Of a stretch of DNA of 64,000 bases, positions 27,541-37,503 are shown one piece after another. The stretch is taken from positions 174,985 through 238,984 of IMG/VR virus record IMGVR_UViG_3300042922_001182, one strand, 5' to 3'. How positions within the stretch are numbered: the stretch's first letter is position 1; each line of letters starts with the position of its first letter. The notes beneath the pieces were generated by a model. The model was given only the letters and a program-made list of their open reading frames with translations. It searched no databases and was not told the DNA's origin. The translations under genes and the position numbers were made by a program.

Positions 27541-29331
27541 TTGGAAGACAAAGAGAAGAAGTACGGGGACCTGATCAACCAGGACGCCGCCCGTCGAGTA
27601 CTGCGCGGGATGTTCAACGACTCCGTCCCCGGGGTCGTCGCCGAGCTGCTGCAGAACGCCCAGCGGGCGGGCGCCACCCGCGTGGAGTTCGCCACCTCGG
27701 GGGAGGGTGGGTCCTACGCCGTCTCCTACAGGGACGACGGCCACGGTCTCCTCGGCGGTATGGACGGGCTGCACGCCTTCCTGAAGCTGGCCGAGACCTT
27801 CTTCGAGAACCCCGACGTGTACGACCAGCAGCCCATGGGGGTCGGCATCTACTCCCTCCTGGCCCACCCCGACATCCAGTCGGTGGTCGTCCGCTCCGGG
27901 GGCCTGGCGCTGGAGGTCGACACCCAGCGGTGGTGGGTGGAGCCCGGCTACTCGAAGACCTGGTTCGACCGCGTCCTTGAGTCGTCTGCCGAAGCCGACC
28001 CCGGCCTCAGGCTCAACATCACCTGCAACGCGTCCTTCGCGAAGGCCCTGAAGGACTGCCTCCCACCCTACCGCCCTCAGGCCCTGGAGGCCGAGGGCAG
28101 GGTCCGGGAGGTGCTAAACTTCCCCGCCGTCGGGTACGAGGGCATTCTTTCTGTGTCCCTTGATGGAACCCCTGTCTACACTGGTATCCCCCGCCGCATC
28201 CGAATCCCCGAATCCATCCTGAACTTCGAGTTCAGGGGCTCCATGGTCCGTGCCTCCTGGGTGGACCCGGAGGGCGGTGGCGCTACCCCGTCCTCCGTCG
28301 TGAACTGGTACGGCCAGCTCATCCCGATCGCCTCCAAGCGCCTCCGTAGGCTGCAGTTCTTCATGGACGTGAAGGACGGAAGGCCGCTGAACCCGCTGAC
28401 CCCCACCAGGAAGGGCATCGTCGAGGACGAGGCGTTCACCGAGCTCCTACAGGAGCTGGAGGACAAGCTGTTCGCATTCGTCTGCGACGAGTCCAACCGC
28501 CACCGGATCGGGCCCACCGTGATCGCTGGCCTGTTCACCATCGACGCGGCGAGGGCCCGCCGCCGGTGCCCCTACTACCTCGCCGCCAGGGTGGACAAGG
28601 CGGAGCCGTACCCCACCTCGTTCGAGTCCCTGACCCACACAAGCGATCTCGTGATCCTCTCCTACGACGAGGTGGTCACGGTCGTCGAGCCAGCCGTCCG
28701 GGTGTTCGACCAGGCCACGAAGAAGGAGATCAGCCTGACCATGAAGGGCCTCTCTACCTTCGCAGCCCTGGAGGGGGCCCCGGAGATGGTCATCCCCACC
28801 AGGTTCGCCGACTCCAAGCGGCTCCACAAGCAGGCTGTCTGGTGGGTGGTGGACACCGCCGCAGCTAACAAGGCAGCACGGTTCATCGTCCCTCCCGGCT
28901 TCTGGGCCGTCGGCGGTGTCGACGAGGTCCCCACCAACCTGAAAGCCGTGGAGGGGGAGGTGTTCGCCCTGGAGGTCCCCGCAGCCAGGGAGATCAGGGA
29001 CGCCGAGTGGCTCTGCGGCACCGACGACCCCGTAGGGTTCCTCCAGAGGTGGTCCAACGCGGCCTTCGAGCCCGCAGTGGAGGAGCGCCTGTTCGAAGAC
29101 GAGCTCTCCGACTACAGCGACTCCGTCAAGCGGCTGATCCGCAAGGTGCTCGGGAACCGCATACCCCTCAACTTCACACACGGGGAGCTCCAGCAGTTCT
29201 TCCCCGAGCGTCAGAAGACGAAGATATCCTCCGTGGTGTTCATCCACGGCAACCCGGGGTCGTCGATCCCGACAGAGATAGCAGTCTACTCCTCCGACGG
29301 GCAGGAGGTTCGCCTCACCATCATGGAGTAG
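27541..29331 (+). CDS. GHKL (Hsp90/MORC-like HATPase_c) ATPase protein 1
   Basis: AELLQNAQRAGA (N box), YRDDGHGL (G1), QPMGVGIYSLL (G2). Confidence 0.8.
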   Translation: MEDKEKKYGDLINQDAARRVLRGMFNDSVPGVVAELLQNAQRAGATRVEFATSGEGGSYAVSYRDDGHGLLGGMDGLHAFLKLAETFFENPDVYDQQPMGVGIYSLLAHPDIQSVVVRSGGLALEVDTQRWWVEPGYSKTWFDRVLESSAEADPGLRLNITCNASFAKALKDCLPPYRPQALEAEGRVREVLNFPAVGYEGILSVSLDGTPVYTGIPRRIRIPESILNFEFRGSMVRASWVDPEGGGATPSSVVNWYGQLIPIASKRLRRLQFFMDVKDGRPLNPLTPTRKGIVEDEAFTELLQELEDKLFAFVCDESNRHRIGPTVIAGLFTIDAARARRRCPYYLAARVDKAEPYPTSFESLTHTSDLVILSYDEVVTVVEPAVRVFDQATKKEISLTMKGLSTFAALEGAPEMVIPTRFADSKRLHKQAVWWVVDTAAANKAARFIVPPGFWAVGGVDEVPTNLKAVEGEVFALEVPAAREIRDAEWLCGTDDPVGFLQRWSNAAFEPAVEERLFEDELSDYSDSVKRLIRKVLGNRIPLNFTHGELQQFFPERQKTKISSVVFIHGNPGSSIPTEIAVYSSDGQEVRLTIME

Positions 29332-29356
29332 ACGACACTAGGAAGGAGAAACACCA

Positions 29357-29845
29357 ATGACCGTTAAGAAGGCCGTCCCGCCCAAGCCGAAGGCCGCCGC
29401 CAAGCAGCCCACCCGCATCACCCCGAAGGGGGACCACGCGGCCCTCGCCGTCATCCCCTCGGAGCAGCCGCCCGGCACCGCCCTGCTGTACGCCACCGTC
29501 GGCGGCCAGGAGGACCCGGAGACGGACCACGAGTACGCCGAGGGCGTCATGCTGTTCGTCAACGGCAAGCTCATCATGGAGGACTTCGGCGGCTGCTTCG
29601 CGGCGGCTGGAGTCGGCCTGTGGGCGATGGCCGCGAACCTCTCCGAGGCCCTCGGCGCCGAGATCGTCAAGGAGGAGATCGGCAAGGAGCACGAGGAGCG
29701 GATGGAGAAGTACTCCTACTCCGAGGCCCTGAACGGCCGCTCGGCCGACTCCCTCGACATGGCGATGTGGACCCTCGCCGACCGAGGCCTCATCGACTAC
29801 ACCCCTATGCACCTGCGAGAGCAGGAGAAGGAGATCACCGAATAA
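29357..29845 (+). CDS. Hypothetical protein (single LFxxGxL domain)
   Basis: Shares a motif with the next gene; SD AGGAAGGAG. Confidence 0.7.
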   Translation: MTVKKAVPPKPKAAAKQPTRITPKGDHAALAVIPSEQPPGTALLYATVGGQEDPETDHEYAEGVMLFVNGKLIMEDFGGCFAAAGVGLWAMAANLSEALGAEIVKEEIGKEHEERMEKYSYSEALNGRSADSLDMAMWTLADRGLIDYTPMHLREQEKEITE

Positions 29846-30459
29846 TGAGCGACGCGATCCTCAACCCCACCCACGTCTCCATCAACGACCACGTCCTGGT
29901 CTCGACCGAGGCGGCGGAGTACGCACTCGTCCTGTTCATCGGCGGCCAGCTCGTCACCCACGGCTCCGAGGGCGCCGGGGCCGAGACCGTCCGGCAGCTG
30001 GCCACCCAGCTCGCCTCCCTCTACGGCCAGAACGTGGTCGACCTGAGCTTCGAGGCCGCCCAGGTCGGCTACGAGTTCGACGACATCTACAATGACCAGG
30101 ACGTGCTGTTCAGCACCCTGACGAAGTGGCTGACGTCGCTGCGCACCGGCGAGGAGGAGCCCCGCGTGACGTTCGTCGAGGTCATCAGCCTGAACGACGC
30201 CGACAAGTCGCAGGCCGCCTTCCTCAACGGCCAGCTGGTCGTCTTCGACCGCGACCGCCGCAACCCGGACTTCACGGCCTCCGAGGTCGCCAACCGCATG
30301 GCGACGGCGCTCGGAGTCGGCCTGGAGTCGGTGGAGTGTCCCATCGAGCACATCGCCATGCCCCAGAACGGCGACTACGAGGTGACGGACCTCGTCCAGT
30401 GGGTCCAGATCAACTACTTCCCGGAGCTCCTGGAGGAGGAGTCCGCTCAGCCCGAGTAG
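29845..30459 (+). CDS. Hypothetical acidic protein with two LFxxGQLV repeats
   Basis: TAATG coupling; LFIGGQLV..LATQLASLYG and FLNGQLV..VANRMATALG. Confidence 0.7.
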   Translation: MSDAILNPTHVSINDHVLVSTEAAEYALVLFIGGQLVTHGSEGAGAETVRQLATQLASLYGQNVVDLSFEAAQVGYEFDDIYNDQDVLFSTLTKWLTSLRTGEEEPRVTFVEVISLNDADKSQAAFLNGQLVVFDRDRRNPDFTASEVANRMATALGVGLESVECPIEHIAMPQNGDYEVTDLVQWVQINYFPELLEEESAQPE

Positions 30460-30486
30460 GGCCAGGGCGAACGAGTTTTAATCCGA

Positions 30487-30520
30487 AAGGGTGGGTGCCA
30501 GCAGGCGCCCATTCTTTTTG
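30487..30520 (+). terminator. Intrinsic terminator
   Basis: GGGTGCC/GGCGCCC stem plus T-tract. Confidence 0.55.
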
Positions 30521-30524
30521 TCCA

Positions 30525-30532
30525 CATATTAT
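30525..30532 (+). promoter_or_regulatory. Early-type motif CATATTAT
   Basis: Just after a terminator, upstream of 30568. Confidence 0.65.
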
Positions 30533-30567
30533 AGACGCGAGCCCAACCCAACATAGGAGGTAAGACA

Positions 30568-31029
30568 TTGATCGAAATACGCCAAGAGAGCGAGGCCACC
30601 GCCCTGCTCGCCAACCCCGACCTCAGCCCCGCCATGCGGGCCATGATCGAGGGGTGCGGCAGCATCCAGAAGGCCATCGTCGATGGTCTGTCGGATGGAC
30701 CCTGGACGGTCGAGGACGTCGGCTGGTGCGTCATCATCGAGAACGTAAACGATCTCGCCTCCTTCGAGGCGAGCGGCGAGATCGAAGACGGCATCGTGTG
30801 GACGACGGCCGAGGCCGTCACCTACAACAGCGAGCACCAGTTCTTCAGCATCACCATCATCTACAACAACGACTTCGGCAAGAACTTCTTCGTTCCCTAC
30901 GAGATCCTGGGTAACAACGAGCGCGTCGAGCTGCTGAAGCAGGCCGTCGAATACGAGCGGTCGGCCCTGAAGACGCTCTCGGAGGCCTACGAGATCCTCA
31001 AGGACTCCAAGAAGGACGGCCCCAAGTGA
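30568..31029 (+). CDS. Hypothetical early protein (family shared with 36427)
   Basis: TTG start, SD AGGAGG, CATATTAT at 30525-30532; IIYNNDFGKNFFVP. Confidence 0.7.
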   Translation: MIEIRQESEATALLANPDLSPAMRAMIEGCGSIQKAIVDGLSDGPWTVEDVGWCVIIENVNDLASFEASGEIEDGIVWTTAEAVTYNSEHQFFSITIIYNNDFGKNFFVPYEILGNNERVELLKQAVEYERSALKTLSEAYEILKDSKKDGPK

Positions 31030-31226
31030 GCGCCCCGAACCGCTGCGGGGAGTGCCCCGCCTGCATCCGCTTCAAGCGGGTGCAGCAGCAGATGCTCTCC
31101 AACCTGCCCCTGATCGCCAACGGCATGATGGTCCAGGGGAGCCACCTAACGGACAGCGACGTGGCCTTCTACAACCGCTCCCTAGAGGAGAACCCCTGCG
31201 AAAAGAAAGAAGGTGAGCAACAGTGA
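31026..31226 (+). CDS. Small CxxCxxC protein
   Basis: CGECPAC; GTGA coupling. Confidence 0.55.
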   Translation: MSAPNRCGECPACIRFKRVQQQMLSNLPLIANGMMVQGSHLTDSDVAFYNRSLEENPCEKKEGEQQ

Positions 31227-32047
31227 ACGAGCCCATCAGCACCCAGGACATGCTCCTGGCCGTCTGCACGACCCTCATGTGGAGCATGTTCGGGGGAGGT
31301 CGGAGGCCCCTCACCACCAAGAGCGACGGGAAGGAAGTGGCGTTGCTGTACCTCCCCGAGCGGTTCAGCGGGGTCGAGGCCCTGATCGCCGTGAGGTCGG
31401 AGAACATCGTTGGGAAGGCCCTCCACATCAAGGGGTTCTCCCTGGTCTTCACCGCGACGACGGCCGTCGGTCGCGACGCCCTCATGGACGCCCAGCAGGA
31501 CATGCGGCAGAGGAAGGGCTGGTTCGACTCGCCCAGCGAGCCCATCCGGGCGCTGGCGCAGTGGGGGCTTGAGGGGGAGGACCCCTCGTCCATCACCGTC
31601 GAGCTGGACACCGGCTCCATCACGGAGGCCGTGCACGTCTTCACGGAGGCGATGGTCATCGTCGACAACCTGTTGAAGAGCACGACCGACGCGGCGTGCT
31701 CCTCTTTCCGCGAGAAGGTCAGGCGGGTGGCCGAGGACACCCTCGACGAGATGTCGCACATCGACCGCCCGCTCTTCAACCTGTGCATGCAGGCCGTCGG
31801 CCTGGGGCGCATCCAGACCGTCGTCGACACGACGACCGACAGGGCGGGTGTCGCGATCGCGCCCGTCACCAGGCTCACCGCCCTGGTCCCCTTCCCCTTC
31901 AACACCAACGGCAACAGCGCCCTCTCCCTGAGCATGCTGCTCTCCGCCAGCGCCCCCGAGGAGTGCGAGGAGGCCTTCATGCTCACGTTGAAGGAGGCCA
32001 TCCATACCTCCGTCAACTACAGCCAGGAGGCTGAGACCACGCCCTGA
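31223..32047 (+). CDS. Hypothetical protein, distant paralog of 39518/40851
   Basis: VVDTTTD..LVPFP resembles IVDTSTD..LVPVP of 40851. Confidence 0.6.
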   Translation: MNEPISTQDMLLAVCTTLMWSMFGGGRRPLTTKSDGKEVALLYLPERFSGVEALIAVRSENIVGKALHIKGFSLVFTATTAVGRDALMDAQQDMRQRKGWFDSPSEPIRALAQWGLEGEDPSSITVELDTGSITEAVHVFTEAMVIVDNLLKSTTDAACSSFREKVRRVAEDTLDEMSHIDRPLFNLCMQAVGLGRIQTVVDTTTDRAGVAIAPVTRLTALVPFPFNTNGNSALSLSMLLSASAPEECEEAFMLTLKEAIHTSVNYSQEAETTP

Positions 32048-32056
32048 GGGCGAACT

Positions 32057-32087
32057 GCGGGGGGCCTCGGCCCCCCGTATTTTTTTG
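32057..32087 (+). terminator. Intrinsic terminator
   Basis: GCGGGGGGCC/GGCCCCCCGT plus T-run. Confidence 0.75.
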
Positions 32088-32095
32088 GGCACGGC

Positions 32096-32107
32096 AACAA
32101 TCCCATA
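32096..32107 (+). promoter_or_regulatory. Late-type promoter AACA-N6-TA
   Basis: AACAatcccaTA. Confidence 0.7.
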
Positions 32108-32136
32108 GGCAACTACGTGAGAATTTCCGACTGGGG

Positions 32137-34203
32137 GTGACCGCATTGAAACTAACGGACAGCCAGAGAGAAGACCTGGACAGGCTCTTCGAATTCGTGC
32201 TCACCCTCGTCGTCAAGGACGAGTGGCAGGCCGAGGCCAACGAGACCGTCGAGTCGGCGAGGCTGGCCTACGAGTACATGGACGCCATCCTTGGCGTGGA
32301 CGGCAGGACCGAGGCGGAGAGGCAGCTGCTTATCTCCTCGTACGTCGAGCCCAATCCCTACTACAAGAAGCTGCAGGACGACCACGGCATCTCGCCGTTC
32401 GAGGCCAGGTCGGCCAAGAACTTCCAGATCCTCAGCTACGAGCGATTCATCCTCCCGCAGGCCAGGTACGCCGTCTTCCTGGACGAGTACTACAAGGTGA
32501 TGAGGTACTTCACGGCCGTCCTCTACACGAAGGCGTTCGAGTCCGACCTCCTCTACCCCAACTTCTGCAGGCTCTACATCACGATGATGGCGATCCTCCG
32601 GTACCTGGACGCGTCCATGGACCAGACCGGCAACATCGACTTCCTGAGCTCCAGCGCCCTGGAGAACATGCTCAAGTCCCACGGCCTGGGCATCCTGACC
32701 ACCCTCCCCGCCGTGTACCAGCGGAAGGTGCTGAAGAACCTGACGGAGCTCATCCGATTCAAGGGAACGACGACCGCCATCGAGCGCATCGTGGACCTGT
32801 TCGGCTTCAGCGGCGTCTTCATCTACCGTCACTACCTCTTCAAGGACTACCCGAGAGACGAGGCGGGCGCGATCGTCGACTGGTCCTCCCCCGACATCAG
32901 GTTCCTCAAGATCCGGCACGACGCCGAGGACGTCGAGAGGGAGATCCCCGACGCGGCGTCCGACAGCTACGACTTCTTCACTGGGCGCGATCCCTACTGG
33001 CAGTGCAGCCGCGAGGAGCTGCTGGCGAAGGACTTCAACCTCCTGGCCACCAAGTACATCTCCATCGGCTCGACGCTGGACTTCGTCGGCACGGCCCTTG
33101 AGCTGTCCTACTTCAGGACGCTCATCAACCGCATCGAGACGACGGGCATCCCGGCGCACCTCCAGTTCCTCAACGAGAAGATCTCGGCGGAGGAGATCAA
33201 GGTCTACGATGCCCTCATCGCGGCGCAGATCCTCGTCACGAGGTTCCTCGGCTTCAACGATACCATCATCACGAGCGAGACCGGGGTGGCGACCGTCTAC
33301 GGGTACTCCTTCGACCAGGCCGACAAGTTCGAGATCGACGGGGTCAGCGACGTCGTCGACCCGGCCACGCTGCCGAAGGCCGACGAGCAGGCGTTCATCG
33401 AAACGTACCGGCGAAACAACATCTACCGTAGGGCCTTCGAGAGAATCACAGCAGGGACGCAGGACTACGAGACCTACAAGGAGCTCGCCAGGATCCACAA
33501 GGTGAAGTTCATCGCGCAGTACCAGTCGGCGGTCTTCGACGGCTTCGCGACGTACTCCGCGTACCTCCTCACCAGGAACCCGGACCTGCACAAGTACGTC
33601 GAGGAGGCCCTGGTGCTCACCGAGGACCAGGACGTCGACGTGGAGGCCACGAGGAACATCATCGTCGATCGGCTCTCGGAGATCGTCACCTCGCTGGACA
33701 ACTACCTCGACCTTGAGGACGGCGCGTTGAACATCTTCGCCTCGGCCAACTCGGCCCTGGTGGACCAGATCAAGGTCTACATGCGCCAGGTGGTCCAGCT
33801 GTTCAAGTCCTACACCGTGGACCTGCGCGACTTCGTCGTGACCTACATGGTGAAGGGCGACCCCTTCAACACCGGCATCCACTGGCGCGAGAGGAAGACG
33901 CTCACCTCCGAGCTCTGGAAGGCGGACGACGCCTCGGAGCACGCCTACGACAGGTTCTCCATCATCATCCCCGTACAGAGGGGCACGATCGACCACATGG
34001 TCTTCGAGGACGAGCTCTGGATCACCTCCAGGGTGCGTAAGCGAGACGACGCGGCGTTCAGCGACGACAGGACCATCACCGCCAGCACGGCGAGGGCCGA
34101 CCTGCTGCCGCTCAGCGACGACAGGAAGACCCACGGCTTCTTCCAGAGGGCGGACGGCCTGACGGGAATGCACGACACGTTCACCATCACGGTGATACCA
34201 TAA
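32137..34203 (+). CDS. Putative baseplate wedge/tail protein
   Basis: 688 aa; LKNLTELIRFKGTTTAIERIVDLFG motif typical of wedge (tail-I-like) proteins; late promoter at 32096-32107; exact start uncertain. Confidence 0.55.
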   Translation: MTALKLTDSQREDLDRLFEFVLTLVVKDEWQAEANETVESARLAYEYMDAILGVDGRTEAERQLLISSYVEPNPYYKKLQDDHGISPFEARSAKNFQILSYERFILPQARYAVFLDEYYKVMRYFTAVLYTKAFESDLLYPNFCRLYITMMAILRYLDASMDQTGNIDFLSSSALENMLKSHGLGILTTLPAVYQRKVLKNLTELIRFKGTTTAIERIVDLFGFSGVFIYRHYLFKDYPRDEAGAIVDWSSPDIRFLKIRHDAEDVEREIPDAASDSYDFFTGRDPYWQCSREELLAKDFNLLATKYISIGSTLDFVGTALELSYFRTLINRIETTGIPAHLQFLNEKISAEEIKVYDALIAAQILVTRFLGFNDTIITSETGVATVYGYSFDQADKFEIDGVSDVVDPATLPKADEQAFIETYRRNNIYRRAFERITAGTQDYETYKELARIHKVKFIAQYQSAVFDGFATYSAYLLTRNPDLHKYVEEALVLTEDQDVDVEATRNIIVDRLSEIVTSLDNYLDLEDGALNIFASANSALVDQIKVYMRQVVQLFKSYTVDLRDFVVTYMVKGDPFNTGIHWRERKTLTSELWKADDASEHAYDRFSIIIPVQRGTIDHMVFEDELWITSRVRKRDDAAFSDDRTITASTARADLLPLSDDRKTHGFFQRADGLTGMHDTFTITVIP

Positions 34204-34221
34204 GAAAGGAAGAGTAAAGGG

Positions 34222-35022
34222 ATGCAGAAGAAGGAGAACATCGTCGTCAAGACCTTCAAGGAGCTGCTCAAGCTCCGGGAGAAGGTCGTCGGCCTGACGG
34301 CAGAGGCGGTGGGCGCCACCGTCAGCGCCTACGAGAGGCAGCCGATGGGCGGCGCCCTGACGACCGGCCACAAGAAGAACAAGATCATCATCAGGGACGC
34401 CATCACCAACGAGATCCTCCTGGAGGACTGGCCCAACCTGATCGTGCTCCGTGGGCGCACCTACGCCCTGGAGAAGCTGTTCGCCGACCCCATCGGCGCC
34501 TCAGGCACCAACCCGGCGTACGTCAACAACCTGAACCGCAAGATCGCCCTCTTCTCGATCGGCGACGGCGGGGCCCCCTCGGCCGACCCCTTCAACCCCA
34601 CGCCCCCTGAGCCGCTGGACCAGGCGCTCGGCAACCGCATTCCGTTCAGGACGGTGGACTCCAGGGACGCGGCCACCAACCTCAGCGTCCCCGAGCAGTC
34701 GATGTACTACCAGTCCGTCGTCACCAACCTGAACGACGGCGCCCCGTACACCCTGACGAAGTACTACGCCAAGACGTTCGACGTGGCCGACCCCGAGTGG
34801 GGCCTGGACACGGCGAACAACGAGGTGTACAAGAAGATCGTCCTCCGCATCAGCGACAAGGACGCCCGCAACCTCGGCGTGAACGAGATCATGCTCATGA
34901 TCGCCGAGTGGACCGGGAGCACCTACGCGGACATCGAGGCGTACTCCATCATCACCTTCCCGACGGAGTCGCTCCTGGACCCCACGAAGCAGCTCATCAT
35001 CGAGTACTACGTCTACTCCTAG
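34222..35022 (+). CDS. Putative virion baseplate/tail-collar protein
   Basis: NLIVLRGR..LEKLF and FSIGDGG motifs; downstream of the wedge gene. Confidence 0.45.
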   Translation: MQKKENIVVKTFKELLKLREKVVGLTAEAVGATVSAYERQPMGGALTTGHKKNKIIIRDAITNEILLEDWPNLIVLRGRTYALEKLFADPIGASGTNPAYVNNLNRKIALFSIGDGGAPSADPFNPTPPEPLDQALGNRIPFRTVDSRDAATNLSVPEQSMYYQSVVTNLNDGAPYTLTKYYAKTFDVADPEWGLDTANNEVYKKIVLRISDKDARNLGVNEIMLMIAEWTGSTYADIEAYSIITFPTESLLDPTKQLIIEYYVYS

Positions 35023-35036
35023 GCGATCATCAAGCA

Positions 35037-35044
35037 CATATTAT
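35037..35044 (+). promoter_or_regulatory. Early-type motif CATATTAT
   Basis: Upstream of 35102. Confidence 0.6.
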
Positions 35045-35046
35045 AG

Positions 35047-35081
35047 ACCGGCAAGCCTTCGGGCTTGCCGGTTTCCGTTTT
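35047..35081 (+). terminator. Intrinsic terminator or leader hairpin
   Basis: ACCGGCAAGCC TTCG GGCTTGCCGGT plus T-rich tail. Confidence 0.6.
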
Positions 35082-35101
35082 CGCCCTATAGGAGGCTAGA
35101 C

Positions 35102-35578
35102 ATGATCGCAGACATCGCCCGTCAGGACGACGTGGAGACGAAGACCCTGGTCCTCTACAGGGCCGCCATGGACTTCAAGCCCTCGCGGCACAGCATGCTC
35201 ACCCACCTCGTCGGCAAGGTGGTCAAGGATGAGGTTTACTACGTTTCCTACATGGCCCGCATGGCGGCCAAGTGGGGCGTTCAGCTCTACCTCCGCTCCT
35301 CCGAGCTGAAGATCTACAGGATCGAGGCGAGCCACGCCTACGGGTGGAGCCGACAGTACCAGAACTGGGACGAGAAGAAGCTCTGGCGGTCCGGAGAGAA
35401 GATGCCGGAGGACGGATTCACGATCGTCCGCAGCACCCGCGAGGCCTCTCGCGAGGCCCACTGCGAGCTGATCACGCCGCCGGAGCTCATCGTCCCCAAG
35501 ATGGCGATCATCACTTACGATGAGCTCTCCCCCGAAGAGACGAAGCGCTACCTCATTGATGCGTCCTACAGGTGCTAG
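35102..35578 (+). CDS. Hypothetical early protein
   Basis: SD AGGAGG; CATATTAT at 35037-35044. Confidence 0.7.
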   Translation: MIADIARQDDVETKTLVLYRAAMDFKPSRHSMLTHLVGKVVKDEVYYVSYMARMAAKWGVQLYLRSSELKIYRIEASHAYGWSRQYQNWDEKKLWRSGEKMPEDGFTIVRSTREASREAHCELITPPELIVPKMAIITYDELSPEETKRYLIDASYRC

Positions 35579-35695
35579 CAGGGGAAGAACAAATCTTCTG
35601 AAGAGAAAGAAAAAAAACGCGGATCCGTTTGGAACCCGTGGGTTCTGGGTATGAAGGACGGGGCGAGAGGTCGCCCCCACTAGAAAGGAGGAGTC

Positions 35696-36430
35696 TTGCA
35701 GTTCCAGGTGATCAACAAAGGCACGGGTGAGGAGGTCATCCTGATAGGGGTGGAGAGCAGGGAAGAGATCTACGAACGTCTCTTCAAAATGCAGGGATTC
35801 ACTATCAACGGACTCGATGAGAATGGGTTCGACAGCAAGGTCGAGCACTTCCTCAGAAGCACGTCCAAGCTGCACAGGGACGACACCTGGTACCCCGAGG
35901 ACGAGACCCACACCGTCCCCCGGCAGGTGGCGGACGTGGTCTGGCCGAAGGGGGCCAGCGGCCCCTCGGTCCACTACAGGGTGAATGGGTCGGCGTCCGT
36001 CCGGAGGTGCTCCGTGGAGGTCTGGTACGGCTGGGCGTTCTCCTACCGGTGCCGCCCGCGCACGGGACCGCCCCCGGCCCACGCGGCCCCCGACTGGGAC
36101 CCCCTGGTGGACGCCATCGGGGCGGTGATCAACAACTCCTCCCCGCTGATGCGAGAACCGGCGGAGCCGTGGGGAGGCGTTAGCTTCCACACCCTGCTAC
36201 AGATGATCACCGGGAGGCTCCGCTTCCTCCCTAGGGGGACCAAGCAGCACGACCTATGGCCCGGGACCGAGGGCAAGCTCGTCCAGCGCCTCCGCAGCCA
36301 GGAGTTCATCGTCAGGCTGGCGGAGCGCCAGAACATCTACTACCACCTTGACAAGCAGTCGGCCACCTTCATGCGCGTCCCGGGAACGGGACGCCCGATG
36401 AGCCGCGACCAGAGAGGAGAAACAACTTGA
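35696..36430 (+). CDS. Hypothetical protein
   Basis: TTG start after AAAGGAGG. Confidence 0.65.
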   Translation: MQFQVINKGTGEEVILIGVESREEIYERLFKMQGFTINGLDENGFDSKVEHFLRSTSKLHRDDTWYPEDETHTVPRQVADVVWPKGASGPSVHYRVNGSASVRRCSVEVWYGWAFSYRCRPRTGPPPAHAAPDWDPLVDAIGAVINNSSPLMREPAEPWGGVSFHTLLQMITGRLRFLPRGTKQHDLWPGTEGKLVQRLRSQEFIVRLAERQNIYYHLDKQSATFMRVPGTGRPMSRDQRGETT

Positions 36431-36825
36431 TCCGTTTCATGACCCAGGCCCAGCTCGAAGCCGACAGGGAGAACCTGCAGCCGAGCGTCTACACCTCCAT
36501 CGTCCACCGCATCGACGAGCTCGCCACCTTCGACGAAGACCCGGCCTTCCACGGGCCGATCGTCTTCCTGGAGGACAGCGACCCCCTGGACGACCTGACC
36601 GCCTTCGGGGTGAGCAAGGAGCAGCGCGGGCTGTACGGCCCCGCCATCGACGGCGTCCACCTCTACGACAACGGCCTCGTCTGGATGGCCACCTTCCTGG
36701 TCGGCGTCGGCAAGAGCGGCACCGGCTCCGGGGTGGACGTCTTCGTCCACGACACCCACCCGGCCATGAACGAGGCCGTCCGGCAGAACCTGCTGGCGAT
36801 CTACAGGAAGGCAGGCGGTCGATGA
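36427..36825 (+). CDS. Hypothetical protein (family shared with 30568)
   Basis: GPIVFLEDSDPLDDL similar to GWCVIIENVNDL; C-terminal GxxxFV. Confidence 0.65.
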   Translation: MIRFMTQAQLEADRENLQPSVYTSIVHRIDELATFDEDPAFHGPIVFLEDSDPLDDLTAFGVSKEQRGLYGPAIDGVHLYDNGLVWMATFLVGVGKSGTGSGVDVFVHDTHPAMNEAVRQNLLAIYRKAGGR

Positions 36826-37502
36826 AGAAGACCATCGAGTTCGCGCAGGACCTCGGCGACCTGGCCCTTGAGGTGGGGCGCATGGCCCAGGACAAGGAGA
36901 ACGAGCACCGCACGGAGGACGCCAAGATCGCCATCAAGCTGGTCGAGCTCCTCCAGGCCATCGCGGCGGCCCCCACGGGCCGTCTGGAGGCGGCCTTCAA
37001 CAACATGAACGCCAAGGCTGCCCTCAAGGGCGCCTTGGCGCGTTCCAAGCACGCGATCAGGTTCGAGGAGCTCCCCCCGGAGACCACCGGGCTGATGATC
37101 GGCGCTGGTCCGCGCATGTGGACCAGCGGCTCCATGGGGGCCAACATGTACCCCTACCGCTACGACGAGAAGGGCAGATTGGTGCCCGTGTCGGAGGACG
37201 ACCGCTGGATGTTCCAGGACTCCATCGATCACGGTTTCTCCGTCATCAACCTCCTCCCCGTCGGGCCACACGGCCCCGGGATGGCTCGCACCCTGACGAC
37301 CGGGGACCTCCTCTCCGTCCTGGCCCCGGACATCCAGGTCCGCGTCGTCAGCGGGGAGCTTGAGCTCACCTGGGGGCACATGGACCAGAAGGAGGTCTAC
37401 GTCGTGGACCCGTCCGACCTGACCCAGGAGCTCCCCTGGATCCCCGACCCCTACGAGTCGGTGGACAGCTCCAACCCCGCCAAGACCAAGGAGATCACCT
37501 AG
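36822..37502 (+). CDS. Hypothetical protein
   Basis: ATGA coupling, 226 aa. Confidence 0.7.
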   Translation: MKKTIEFAQDLGDLALEVGRMAQDKENEHRTEDAKIAIKLVELLQAIAAAPTGRLEAAFNNMNAKAALKGALARSKHAIRFEELPPETTGLMIGAGPRMWTSGSMGANMYPYRYDEKGRLVPVSEDDRWMFQDSIDHGFSVINLLPVGPHGPGMARTLTTGDLLSVLAPDIQVRVVSGELELTWGHMDQKEVYVVDPSDLTQELPWIPDPYESVDSSNPAKTKEIT

Positions 37503-37503
37503 C

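Noticed and set aside
27541-29331. Histidine kinase or DNA gyrase B
   Set aside because: GHKL domain is N-terminal with no HisKA/H-box and no TOPRIM; architecture fits an Hsp90/MORC-like protein
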